From contig CALSCP010002736.1 in NCBI GenBank assembly GCA_943704425.1, forward strand, positions 11,185-75,184: a DNA stretch of 64,000 nucleotides, written 5' to 3'. Of this stretch, positions 46,301 to 57,339 are shown piece after piece (position 1 is the stretch's first letter; each line of letters begins with the position of its first letter). The translations under genes and the position numbers were made by a program. The notes beneath the pieces are model-generated. The model saw only the letters and a program-made list of their open reading frames with translations. It was not told the origin of the DNA and ran no database searches. The stretch is from Ministeria vibrans ATCC 50519. Taxonomy: Eukaryota > Protista > Filasterea.

Positions 46301-48428
46301 TGAAGGAGAGGCAGAAGAGGAGGAGCAAGAGGGAGGGGAGGAGGAGGATGAGGAGGAAGCGGCGGGTGAGGGGGAGATGCATGCGGAGCGAGAGGAGAAT
46401 GGGGATGATGTGGAGATGGAAGATGGGGAAGGAGGGGAGGAAGAGAAGGAGTTGGGAGTGAATGATGACAACGTTGCTGCTGCAGAGGAGGAAGAGGCTG
46501 CCGCAGAGGCTGCCCCTGAGGATGTGGTGGGCTCTCGTGGGGCTGATGCGACAGACGACGCCGTGCAAGGAATGGCGGACGAGGAGGAGAATGCGGAGGC
46601 GGAGACGGGTGAACGACATGAGCAGCAGGCGCAGGAGATGGAAGAGGATGCGCACAAGGAGCGAGGAGGGACACAGCAGCAACAGCAACAGCAGCAGGAC
46701 AATCAACGGGAGGGAGACACGGACGCCAAGTGGAAGGCGCAGGATCAGGGGAGTCAGTCGGAGCGCAAGCACGATGAGGAGAAGCGACAGCGGGAGCAGC
46801 AGGAGGAGCGTCGACTGGAGCGCAAGGCGAACCCAATGCGGAGTGTTGGCGATGCGAGTAAGCGGTGGCGAGAGCGCCTGAAGATGCTCGAGGAGACTGT
46901 CAATGAGGATGAGGAGAAGAAGGGGAAGGACACAAAGGAGACAAAGGAGAAGGAAGAAGAAGAGGAAATGGATGAGAATGCGGATGTGGAAGCAGATGCG
47001 TATGAGTATGTGAAAAACGACGATGCGTCGGCTGGACACGACGCGCAAGTGTTGGGGGCACGACCGATGGAGGAGGATGCTCCGGAGGAGGAGAAGGAGG
47101 GAGAGGAGGAGGAGGAGGCAGTGCGCAAGCGCAAGTTGGATGAGGAGAAGGAGGAAGAGCCAAGTGGTGTGCGCCCGATGGCGGAGGAAGAGGAGAAGGA
47201 GAAGGAGGGAGAGGTGGAGAAGGAGGAGGAAGAGGAAGAGCCTGCTGTGAAACGACGCAAGTTGGACGAGAGCGGACGACGGGAGATGCGACGGAACAAG
47301 CAGAAGGAAAAGAAGAGTGAGGAGGAGGAGGAGGAGGAGGAAGGAGAGGGAGCACGGGATATGGAAGATGTGCTGATGGGAAGAGAGGAGGAAGGAAGGG
47401 AGGACTTGCGGGAAGAGACGGAGGAAGATGGAGAGCGGATGCGGGCACAGGTGGCAAAGATGGCAGCACTGGAGATGATGGACGAAGAGAGTGCAATTGC
47501 GCAGTGGCAGGGCGAGCAGAACGCGGACCATGGTGCAGGCAGTGAGGAGGGGAGTGTGTCGCGGGAGACGAGTGGTCGAGTGTGGCGGGTGCACGAGCGC
47601 AAGACACACCAGTTGGCGGCGGAGCTGTGTGAGCAACTGCGGCTGATTATGGAGCCACAGCTGGCAGCGAAGATGCAGGGGGACTATCGGACGGGAAAGC
47701 GCCTGAACATGAAGAAGGTGATTCCGTATGTGGCGAGTCAGTTCAAGAAAGACAAGATATGGCTGCGCCGCACACGCCCGTCCAAGCGCGACTATCAGAT
47801 TCTGCTGTGCATTGACGATAGTACGTCGATGAGTGCGCTGCAAACAGTGCAGTTGGCGTTTGAGTCGCTTGCGCTTGTGGGCACTGCAATGGCGCGACTG
47901 GAAGCGGGTCAGTTGGCTGTGATGAGTTTTGGACGGACCGTGCGACTGCTGCATCCGTTTGAGCGGCCGTTTACGGACGAGAGTGGCGTGGAGTGTGTGC
48001 GGCAGTTTACATTTGCGCAGGAGGCGACCGACTTTGGGCTGCTGATGGAGTCGTCGGTGGCGCTGTTTGAGCAGCAGCGGAGAAGCAATCGCGCAAGCAA
48101 TGCGCGCGAGTGCTCGCAAATCCAGTTTGTCATTTCGGACGGACGTGTGCTCGACGGGGGTGAGCGTGTGGAGCGGTGGATGCGGCATGCGCGCGAGACG
48201 GGCATTCTGCCAGTGTTTATTGTGCTTGACTCACCCGAGAGCGACCACTCGTTGCTCGACGTCAAGTCGGTGCAGATTGGCGACGATGGCAAGATTAAAA
48301 TGACGCGCTACCTCGACACCTTCCCCTTTCCGTACTACGTTCTCTTGCGCGACATTGAGCGCCTTCCCGAGCTCCTTAGCGATGCGCTCAGGCAGTGGTT
48401 TGAGCTGTTGCGAGAGGAGGAGGTTTGA
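31389..48428 (+). CDS. MDN1: Midasin (Rea1) AAA+ ATPase, single ~17 kb exon
   Basis: Six AAA modules (GPTSAGKT, GETGAGKT, GPTSAGKT, GDTGCGKT, GSPGVGKT, GPAASGKT), a long linker, a D/E-rich tail and a MIDAS domain (GDYRTGKRLNMKKVIPYVASQFKKDKIWLRRT..IDDSTSM..YLDTFPFPYY). The first plausible ATG is at 31389. Confidence 0.98.
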   Translation: MNFSWDAGPALRRLRDVLPDLATPLLGPIFKALDGAGESSARVSDHAAHDTLVGVARVFVIASQQDMRDPIAPASLAAVASLQAAVDARLPTRVLLVARLFRPLLLEIVSLAIQSCDPHDPHSQLAIAYALAATLPVYPDAIGPTVLVRFASNERLAEHLHRLVDDCDTADPTQRATSSLLAARTLAFVAHSFVSFNVNAFRDAWDWSSLLALLHETPSTDPFVRRHVVPTARLLLGASEAQASAWTSVAGALDDTLADSAVYSDWLVEAHQSLELALLQTCNDNDDNTNDDGHAWSLPIEARHLSDTLVDLCGVLVPTTAAEATPAHDDNDAPHTSLLYALTPSAADNMHRLAMALLQPQQAILLTGPTSAGKTATLEHATHLIHRRALISIHIGDQTDSKTLLGGYVCTDTPGEFRWRPGALTRAVTEGRWLCIDGIDRAPSDVIAILIPLIEHGQLPIASRGDTVRAHPQFRLFATARDDADTFHAHHALWTRVRITPLPDSEYHNALTSALPSLRDHLATLIAAHVAVRDAITRRRGRCPQSRDLIKWCARLAQTSTADSSAFAESALAEGIDCLCGALPPATEAFGEAALALADALAVPRHRVDFFLNTYRPRVALSPDQRQLTFGRTILPITRAPEQLDELTSAPPPPFGHTRHALVLMERLAACIARTEPVLLCGETGAGKTTVIQHMASQLGQQLVVVNMSQQSDSADLLGGYKPVNMRLLAAPLLPHFHELFGATFSRRHNAKFLQTIDDKFRRRKWDHLIKLFRSAIQMVRDKIEKGKAAAANAETSAVAAAAAAVEPALSDTLVAGWNEFEECVDRFFQQRSRAQHGFAFDFVEGVLVRALRRGHWILLDEINLASPETLDCLTGLLESSHGSLAVTERGDLDTVTRHPNFRLFSCMNPSTDFGKRELPTGIRSRFTEFYVAEPDSAEDLSIIVRQVLSGGSGASNQSSDVATAQPADSLRPMVDACVSVYQTAKAAANEAHLADGEGRRPHFSLRSMCRAVAFGRRCARLCGGVRRALVEGYLMSFTTQLNSASRATLSRLIVQQIAPNMQQHDLVNVPPLPANVASDEYTCVERFWLRKGALFDADRVAKARAASVANADTEAVIAAGGDAYILTASVRANLVAIARAAAAGAQPVLLQGPTSAGKTSMVRHLALLTGHRFTRVNNHEHTDLQEYLGTYVSDEQGRLVFQEGVLVTAVREGHWIVLDELNLAPTDVLEALNRLLDDNRELFIPETQETVKPHRDFLLFATQNPAGAYAGRKQLSRAFRNRFAEIHFDDIPLDELQCILERRCLIAPSYCQRLVNVLNELRARRQDTRVFAGKEGFITLRDLFRWAGRRPDSYQQLAEDGYMLLAERCRRADERETVRAAIEKHIPRTSINVEQMYTGQALLDTLAAMPRDQLAPQLHDVVATKSLRRLLTIVSRSLENHEPVLLVGDTGCGKTTVCELLAALRQRPLRVVACHQHTETSDFLGSMRPVRSLGESAMEEQEQEKQRKWFAWQDGPLVEAMRDGSLLLVDEISLAEDSVLERLNPVLETPATLVLAEKVGAAIEHVRASSDFAVLATMNPGGDFGKKELSLALRNRFTEVWVPPVTDLDDMRLIIDHELAKCSLPEPLPAYIPSGILAFVSHCRESALAARAKATTVSLRDVLAWARFVATTAPRVGPAAAFAHGAALTFIDAMEPSPWRSACVEVVLAQLPPAHASEHAVSSAFDETAGAQVTLEANAATRTFALGPFAVEYGGESDAFASVYTLDAPTTRRNALRCMRALQSRKPILLEGSPGVGKTSLVSAIARCAQRKLVRINLSEQSDIADLFGSDLPVDGGAPGEFAWRDGPFLQAARAGDWVLLDELNLASQQVLEGLNPCLDHRSTVFVPELNLQFACPASFRVFAAQNPAVQGGGRKGLPRSFLNRFTQVHVSPLGAADYVAIASAAHPQLSPSTIERMVQFNAQVHTLSARLPGGPWEYNLRDVLRWCDCLVSRPDAAQDPARFVDFIYAQRLRSIDDRELVWRAFTSVFQDVIPAEQLSRCHEDLGRDRSRPFFRLSESFVQFGDAWALRRTNDTSTSTTLPVASSSSSSSSASLLLGTALRPLEHLLKCVEMNWMAILVGPAASGKTSLVRLLADVLGRPLRELAVNGSTDTSELLGGFEQTDAALAAREAKGAGRHAMDAVCSLLLTQGRIDEACALLHEWNTVGGAHDHASSLVAIAQVMDRLTSALQKSANDDDDKSTDDASVDMLVQVIEQCRMLLEHATEVATHGAGRFEWTDGALVHALQRGEWLLIDGANRCSAAVLDRLNALLEPGGVLELSEQGVVDGKIRRIAAHPDFRLFLTVDPRDGELSRAMRNRGIELHVDAVNTSHSHDLASLVRAQGVADPSLVASLVAHHCAQFRPHRAAPSLRLLLRAAAWTASAVYQGVAPKQALINACDQVYASHSDFVPADAAHQLRGLTPWHVSRATLNRGTAATQTVLRDASVLVDIVVASHERPAHSDDDVTRSSVLRRVRAAVEFFCSLASLSDWRCRATLLDRLAAATYVANDDDDEARSNALLIRDALEFGCTWLRRAATEHTLLPQAQAHLARVLASHPAFATTKSVQTHFLCEQPLDVQVNGPVSRYIAAGVVDATTADAFTQYVQLSLRTHTLRSLEAMLAQQQVNDARAREGSLWWQALRCDEAGVGAVELAHPVAEWLVPAVRSVRTLVLTAVSNCAAEDWSSELARDSFTTMHACLALQSSCNSTGAEIALDALAVCWRLLCDAIESLVGNRSSLVLDSHLVVVAEKLDASLGGVRHAALWRPFWLHGGHPRGFRSVQAAETLRTLVEASERLHTHARAADERTRVTVSQLRGSLCDAAVTVLLLNERGEDTGDGSASHLLSELASVASLVDRHLEQRAVAPTILTSQQEQRLKQQQQQQQTGSVTALRGLGSDNLNDRAAAYAAAHIDGVPGNADDDDDDNGLASMAAVAERLRQVAYDEAERLRHLVLTLDERALHADLLACVLEAGKTQDEACRGDGGPVLFGDALEQRLLAIGARVLTCVERPAHSAAPYRQLEWRLASGRQNTRDAVVRTSTALECTMGDQHWRVGGPQVATSASQTTHLLPLCVNALAVPLGELQAKKIQLEQVVEHLERAAPSLVAWRVDKAEWRILGVCFARVLLAYAGEAVDETLAEQLTALARGDATHFDGASLHRVLPVSPDLSGSDSVAQCIELFSQQIHDVSLEEHTSTRRRGHVGVHLGLLRCALVRPASAVDPAVLNAVKLATVCERTEDLEAEIDVRRWHEQVVSGGASSTAAIRERQESLAVMQVAQKEYEEDTTVRPNPPAFTQLHQTLSVHLGQGGIGSLERACALMALLEEVSQLVVAEDARALTEALAKERVWQDAQAALIVRLRDSFALYVDIVEPIVAGLEQARVGMRLVAAVAAAQCLRTPTTAALLGELLTVGSSCLCNSRASIGLLCEAAVSLLHAKKPDASSGKKNPNQYRTHECAMLLLRTALERAMWVAGQRGRDDEEARETLAAVMTVYMDYWRAYEAQRLEREARESELYKYTSGGRKKVYEGDTEEADIEAELRVLFPLFDADLAENPEQQQQEEEEAAAADAAATSVMDDVEGRLQPLDDFDVGLLVNAHARVYGDASSAHVVSRPDRVAMLGTSYEAAECVQACATRGNTTATTTTMSETASDWWQSPLLACAHLDDDALPAHAVAAATLSRTLDGDDLTNGSALRSLSIRRDEHNKSGEFSSSVDVYREAALHEVRRARAVLSSLREGANRVLGEFPGQPLVLRLREVCERVESFPVASPLMRFLLGLEAVLRAGQEWEEFAAKHVSLAPIIADVTAIVMRWRRLELHSWALLLDNRETECRRAAQQHWFNLYMALVVRAREADDVGEADAHVVQLFETIEGFLRNGTLGEFSMRMTLVRSFHGQVSTLAQSHGVTTTVWARIASVLDNALRFYGQYATTVRERLAASRTPIEKELKGAVQLARWRDVNYWSVRDHAERTHRTLHKWSRKYLTALRRPMAEALGGMGTMSDLSRAAKGADEVKEVEAQPIVVVDELAEKLRELKRKKKELMQRRKKKKEKKQKKKKKNDEGKDDDEEEEEGTVVSVLDTIDAIVGQSERVLGRLESLVASSASLNNSGDDGAGVFSVAHVIAKVQRLWRNDRLLPACPEAHLVQAGDMAEEIGLRVRYFSSWVFKDPRPTPGVNMSNVEEARTERRRVRKVRKTAERHMDALKRKALAHLLRQLRAMGLSWRSRQAVSFRDAAQLRAPALHDPTAPVALRVSPERARELCESHSNEADTLFYRALAGTATMRVAFTQPHSDILANALSQKCLGYVEDMLAMMLQQRRLVSDMSVAARASAARLTALEHAVDDGSSAVCDAPYVVRTHWVDARNAVARVYDALEQAAVVVETARLAPLGVVLAALGDASGRVSRVLLQPMPTQLIMVAHHGLTRLCGALDEAVATCVQLEATLGAGVVATGSLAARVLGDIVAAAQDCVSVRARVTAALQQQQQEEEEGEEEEVEQLQRAVVEQVMVAHQRVQSIMQARVREEKERVAKEAKLTRDDGDKPDAEAEAEAEAERVVSLRKTQAHFAALWRGVRSSVVAERIEAFARGVEKKRHTKKDMSVSIVRVRAVAEQHALLVERVLCEFVAHHVGCCRLARVMLGVFTELAHKGFCRAEAEADESGDEEEGAGGKGQLEVDGTGMGEGTGKKDVSDEIDNEGQVEGLEGDEKQDGDEEEQEQEEQSKEDKEKGLDMTNDFEGDLFDMDGNDEQEERDEEASEDELDEQMAEDGLDEETADAVDEKMWGDDSDDEQMDVEEENRELGKGVDDEKRDVEMGAKPEEEEEEEGKRKKEEEKEEEGAMDKDDTRKGEEHGKPEEKNEEGEEEDEERVKEEEYDEDRYLNPEDKGMALEDEEDVEAKEGEEEKEEEEGEGEGEGEDMELEDAMDVDGEEKEGGEGEAEEEEQEGGEEEDEEEAAGEGEMHAEREENGDDVEMEDGEGGEEEKELGVNDDNVAAAEEEEAAAEAAPEDVVGSRGADATDDAVQGMADEEENAEAETGERHEQQAQEMEEDAHKERGGTQQQQQQQQDNQREGDTDAKWKAQDQGSQSERKHDEEKRQREQQEERRLERKANPMRSVGDASKRWRERLKMLEETVNEDEEKKGKDTKETKEKEEEEEMDENADVEADAYEYVKNDDASAGHDAQVLGARPMEEDAPEEEKEGEEEEEAVRKRKLDEEKEEEPSGVRPMAEEEEKEKEGEVEKEEEEEEPAVKRRKLDESGRREMRRNKQKEKKSEEEEEEEEGEGARDMEDVLMGREEEGREDLREETEEDGERMRAQVAKMAALEMMDEESAIAQWQGEQNADHGAGSEEGSVSRETSGRVWRVHERKTHQLAAELCEQLRLIMEPQLAAKMQGDYRTGKRLNMKKVIPYVASQFKKDKIWLRRTRPSKRDYQILLCIDDSTSMSALQTVQLAFESLALVGTAMARLEAGQLAVMSFGRTVRLLHPFERPFTDESGVECVRQFTFAQEATDFGLLMESSVALFEQQRRSNRASNARECSQIQFVISDGRVLDGGERVERWMRHARETGILPVFIVLDSPESDHSLLDVKSVQIGDDGKIKMTRYLDTFPFPYYVLLRDIERLPELLSDALRQWFELLREEEV

Positions 48429-48710
48429 GGGGTTTTTGATGAGAGAGAAAGAGAAAGAGAAAGAGAGAGAGAATATGTGTGTGTGGTGAGAGAGGCAGAG
48501 AGAGAGAGAAGGAGTATTTTATTGTGTGAGAGAAGTGTGTGTGTGTGGTGTGTGAATCATGTCATATGAAACGGAATCCTTTGATGATTATCTTATTTTT
48601 ATTGTCATCTATCGTACGATTAAAAGAGTGTCTCGTTCGATGAGGCCCAAACGATTGATTGATGTTGATTGTATCGTATGGGAAGTAAGTTATATAACGT
48701 GCGAGTGCGA

Positions 48711-48826
48711 AAGCACTCTGACAACTATATCACTTGCACCCTTTTCATTATAAACCATTGTAATTATATTATTTATATGTCAAAAGCACTCTGAAAACTA
48801 TTTCACTTGCGCCCTTTTCATTACAA
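48711..48826. repeat. ~44-bp imperfect direct repeat just 3' of the MIX23 stop codon
   Basis: AAGCACTCTGACAACTATATCACTTGCACCCTTTTCATTATAAA versus AAGCACTCTGAAAACTATTTCACTTGCGCCCTTTTCATTACAAA. Confidence 0.85.
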
Positions 48827-48841
48827 AACAATTTATATTCT

Positions 48842-49704
48842 CTACATTGCTGCGGTTCGCTGAGCGCGTGTGCATCGGTCTGAGTACACTTTGAGCGTCT
48901 GTGCGTGCGTCACTTCGTCGACAGTGAGCTCAGCCTCCATCAGACGTCGCTATAAGAGAGACAAAGATAGAAAAAGACAGAGAGAAGGAAGGGAGAAAGA
49001 AACAAAGTGATGAGAGAGAATAATGTGATATAGAGAAAGACGAAAGAAACAAAGTGATGAGAGAGAACAAAATGTGATAGAGGGAGAACAATGTGATAGA
49101 GAGAGAACAATGTGATAGAGAGAGAGAAAGACGAAAGAAACAAAGTGATGAGAGAGAACAAATGTGATAGAGGGAGAACAATGTGATAGAGAGAGAACAA
49201 TGTGATAGAGAGAGAGAAAGACGAAAGAAACAAAGTGATGAGAGAGAACAGTGATAGAGAGAAAGACAATAGAAACAAAGTGAATCAGAAATGAGTATAA
49301 GGTCAAAATCAGACAGTGACTCTCATCTGATTTTGTTTTTGATCCACTCACCGTGGTGCGAGCCTGCTTCAGAGCGCCAATATCGCCACTTTTGGCGGCT
49401 GTTTCAATCTTTTCGGTCCAAATGCCGACACATTTGTTGATGGCACTCACTCGCGTGCGGTGCGCCTGCTCGATCTCGGCAAGCACGCCATCGCATGCCT
49501 TCTTCACGTCTACGTCGTGTGAGAACGACGCAGTTGGAATCACACCGTTCAATCTGCGAAAATCGGTTCAAGAGAGGAAATGACAAAAAAATTTCTCTCT
49601 CTGTCTCTCTCTCTGTCACACTTGTTAGCAACGCGATCATCCACAAGGCGGAGCTCCTTCAGAGCTTGCTTGAACTCTCGAATGTCGTCGCAGGGGACAG
49701 ACAT
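48842..49704 (-). CDS. MIX23: MIX23/CCDC58 (Cid2) mitochondrial intermembrane-space protein, 3 exons
   Basis: Spliced product MSVPCDDIREFKQALKELRLVDDRVANKLNGVIPTASF..C....R...I.KC..LMEAELTVDEV...TLKVYSDRC. Confidence 0.88.
48985..49285. repeat. Intronic higher-order minisatellite (AAAGTGATGAGAGAG / AATGTGATAGAG units) in the MIX23 gene
   Basis: Repeated GAAAGACGAAAGAAACAAAGTGATGAGAGAGAAC and AACAATGTGATAGAG blocks. Confidence 0.9.
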
Positions 49705-49930
49705 GGAATGGGAAGGAGACTGAGTTGGGGAAAGGAGAAAAGACTGTCAAGTCACTCACGAGTCAAGTGATTTATGATTTCTATTAAAGAATTTCAGTTT
49801 GAATATTTTTCATCTCCCACAGTGCTGATATAACTGTGGGATAGCAGTGAAACTCAGAACCCACCCTCGAAAGAATACTCGAGTGAATTATTATGATTGT
49901 TTGAGTTGGAATAATGAAAATAATATCAAA

Positions 49931-49968
<38 letters not shown>

Positions 49969-50078
49969 ATTTTTTATTATTATAATGGGAATAATGAAGT
50001 AAAAGAATTATTATTATTAATATTATTATTGTATTACAATCAATATGGGTAAATAGAATGAGGTTAGAAAGGGATTCT

Positions 50079-53549
<3,471 letters not shown>

Positions 53550-54320
53550 TGCCAAAGTTCTTCTGCAAGTCTGCAACATATTATACATTAATAAATTTAG
53601 GAAGATATGACAAGCATAATAATAATACAAGACTGACAAAATAACAACCACCTTTAGACGTCCATAGAACACAACCCACGCGACAATAGCACCCGAACCC
53701 ATTGCAATAGAGCAATGGCCCAACCCCACTTGGTCCCAAAAGACAATATCCGCAAAGGTAAGGGCAAAAAGTGTGTGTGAAAGATCGTTTTACGATTTCA
53801 GATATTCTGTTCAGTTTCGCACTGGAAAACAAAATGCGACGGTGGTACGGCGCCGAAACGCATACAGCCACATTAATAATACTAGCATTAGGCTACCAGC
53901 ACTGCAAAATACCAAGGCAGGCGGACACAAATGGCGATATAGTCATCGACTCAACCAGAAGAATATTTTTGTACCCGTATGTGTAATGCGACTATGCGTA
54001 GCGTGAGAATTGAAGCTCGTATCACGCTATTCGTGTATGAACACGAGTTAGCAAACTAATGCGTAACAATTTTTTGAAATTTGAATTCCATTTATATTAC
54101 TACTGTGTTATTTATTTTACCTGGTTCAGGTTCGTTCCGACGGACTTAGGCTGTGGGACTACATTGGTTCCGCCATGGCCCATGAGCAGCACGTCCACTA
54201 TCCCGTGCCCTGTTTACTACTTCGATCGTGCCTCCCTTTGGTTAGCTATTTATCAATCAACGCACAGTCTGAGACTCTGAGTGATCTGACTCGATCACTA
54301 TTCTTCTCCCGATACGTAAC

Positions 54321-56889
54321 ATGTCTGCCGCTGTTTCACGACTGCTAGTTGTTGCAGCATTTGGTCTCTTGAGCATGGTTGGAGAGGCGGCGACTCCCCG
54401 TGAGCGAGCAGTCTCTCTGATGAAGACGATGAGTCTTTCCGACAAGATCAAGCTGCTGCACGGCACACTGTCGTCCAACTACACGGGCGAGACGCAACAA
54501 GTGCCCGCCCACGGCATACCCAGTATCCGCATGAACGATGGTCGTCAAGGGTAAAGGAATATGACCAACTCCTCTCTCTCTCTCTCTTTCTCATTCTCTC
54601 TCACACCCAAAAAGCGTTCGAAATGCGTTCCACGACGCCACGGCATGGCCGTCGCAGCTGGCACTTGCTGCCACCTTTGATCGTGACCTCATGTTTCAAA
54701 GCGGCGCAGCGTCCGGTGCCGAGTTTGCCGCCAAGGGCGTCACAGTTGTGCTTGCGCCAATGCTCATCTTGGCTCGCGTTCCGCAGGGAGGACGCAATTT
54801 TGAGTCGTGTGGCGAAGACCCACAGCTCGGCTATGAATTGGCGTTTGCTGAGATTCAAGGCATCCAATCGAACGAGCTTGTGCTGGCGAATGCAGACGAC
54901 TTTGTGTTGAACAATCAAGAGCAAAATCGCATGAACGAGTCCAGTGTGTGTGACGAGCGGACGCGCTTCGAACTGTACTACCGAGCGTACGCGGGTGCTA
55001 TTGCAGCGAACGTTGCGAGTTTTATGTGCTCGTATAATCGCGTGGCGGGCGTACATGCGTGTGAGAACAAGGAAACGCTTACCGACGACTTACGTGGGCA
55101 TTTGAAATTCGATGGCTTTGTCGTGAGCGACTGGTACGGTACACACTCGACGGTCGCCTCTGCGCTGAACGGCCTTGACATTGAAATGCCCATGGGAGTG
55201 TACTTTTCTGCGCCAGTTTTGAAGGCGGCTATTGCCAAAGGCAGTGTGCCTGAGGGAGTTGTGGACGACAAGGTCGTGCGCATTTTGACGCAGCTGTTCC
55301 GTGCGGGAATCATGGACAAGGCAAACCATGGACATGCCGATGCCAACACCACCTCGGCAGCACACTCGGCACTGGCCCGTCGCATTGCGACCTCAAGCAC
55401 GGTGCTTCTTCGCAACGAAGGGAATGCGTTGCCGCTGATTAACGCCGGACTAGGCCAAATAGCGGTGTTTGGCGATGATGCGTACGTTGACCCAATCTGT
55501 TGCGGCACTGGCAGTGGGCATGTGACACCCCCTTTTCTGTCGACACCCCTCGACGCCATTAAGGCGCGTGCACCCAGCAGCGTGCGCTACGCGGCAACGC
55601 CTCGCAACGGCTCGTCGTTGACGCAATTTTTCTCTTCGGTGCGACACGACCATCTTTGCGCGCCCAGCTGTGACGAATGTTTCGATTTGTATGTGCGCGA
55701 ACGACTCGAGGGTTACACGTATGGAGCGACGTGTCCGTGGGGCACCACCTGTGACGAGCTTGTGCTGTACTGGAGTGCCACGGCCAACGACAATGTTCTG
55801 TCGACGCGTGCAGTACCTCCCAGCGAGCCTGGGTACACGCTTGTGCGCACCGTTGCGTATGTGCCCACGTTGTCGTACCAGGGCACGCGCGCGACAGTGC
55901 CATTGGAGTTGTGGGTGGTTCATCAGGACAATGGCGACGCCAGCAACGCAACGGACCATTTCACACTGGCGAGCGCGGCATCGAGGCAAGAGGCGGAGCG
56001 TGCTGGCTACACCATGCTGACGACACTGGCACGCGTGTTCAGCGAGCCGTACGACGCCTTGGACGACGCGACGCACCTGGCTCAGTCAAGCAGTGTTGCC
56101 GTTGTATGTGTGTCGACCGCCTCGGGCGAGGGATCCGACCGTGCGAATCTGTCGCTGGCGGATGCAGACACGGCCATGATTGAGGCGATTGCTGCTGTGC
56201 AGCCGCGCACCATTGTGGTCCTCCACAATCCTGGGGCGGTACTGATGCCGTGGATTGATCGCGTGCCGGCCGTGATTGCGGCGTGGTTTCCCGGCCAGGA
56301 GATGGGTGTGGCGCTGGCGGATGTTCTTTTTGGCGATGTGGACCCTGGCGGTCGTTTGCCGCTGACGTTTCCGGCGCGTGAGACGGACACGCCTGTTGGC
56401 ACGCCCGAGCAGTATCCCGGGGTGGACGGTATTGTGACGTATAGCGAGCGACTGCTCATTGGCTACCGTTGGTTTGACGCAAAACACGTGGTGCCGTTGT
56501 TTCCCTTTGGCCATGGTCTCTCGTACACCACCTTTGTGTATCGCGAGCTTGCGGTTGAGCGCGCTTCCCCGCTCGCGGTGCGAGTTGGGTGCACCGTCGT
56601 GAATCAGGGCACGTCTCGTCAGGGGACCACGGTCGCACAGTTGTACATTGCCTTTCCTGCCACCGCCGAAATGCCGCCGTGGCAGCTGCGCAACTTTACA
56701 CGCGTCTCATTGGGCCCGGGTGCGAGCACACGCGTCACATGGGAGATGAGTGTCGCTCCCGCCGACGCCGTCTTCTCCACTTGGAATGTGAGCACACACG
56801 CGTGGCAGACAGTGCGTGGCACCTTCAATTTTACTGTGGGCGAGTCGAGTCGTGATCATCGCGTGTCCACACTATTCACCCTCAAGTAA
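54321..56889 (+). CDS. Secreted glycoside hydrolase family 3 (beta-glucosidase-like) with an inserted repeat domain and C-terminal FnIII-like domain (exons 54321-54550, 54615-56889)
   Basis: Signal peptide, GIPSIRMNDG.QGVR, GGRNFESCGEDP, FMCSYNRV, FDGFVVSDW (nucleophile), EGSDR, GRLPLTFP and GYRWFD..PLFPFGHGLSYTTF. Confidence 0.95.
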
Positions 56890-56969
56890 ACTATTGGAGA
56901 ATTTCAAGAAGAAGTAGCCCCTTAAAGAGGTGTCGGCGTGCCGCAGCTAAGCTGTGAATTATGTATAAT

Positions 56970-57032
<63 letters not shown>

Positions 57033-57339
57033 CATGAGGAGTAAATGAAGTAAAAAATCATTTTTCTCTTGTGAGAATCTTGGCGATTTATATCTAAATA
57101 TAAATGAATTTCGGAGTGGATCCTGATCGACTGTATCCACTGTGCGGCTATCAATGTAAGATCATTGTGCTCACTGATCATGAACCATCTGACTTCTGAG
57201 CACCCTGGCGCGACTTTCGGCGAGACTTATAACCGTAGTAAGATATGTTAGATCGATCATCGAATGACGAATCTCCTCAGTGAGTCAGTCAGTCTTTTTC
57301 ACTCTCTTACTCTTTACTCCCACTACCTACATATACATC

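Noticed and set aside
43608-48188. 1526-aa and other long antisense ORFs over the midasin tail
   Set aside because: Shadow ORFs of the GAG/GAA-rich acidic region; no independent motifs.
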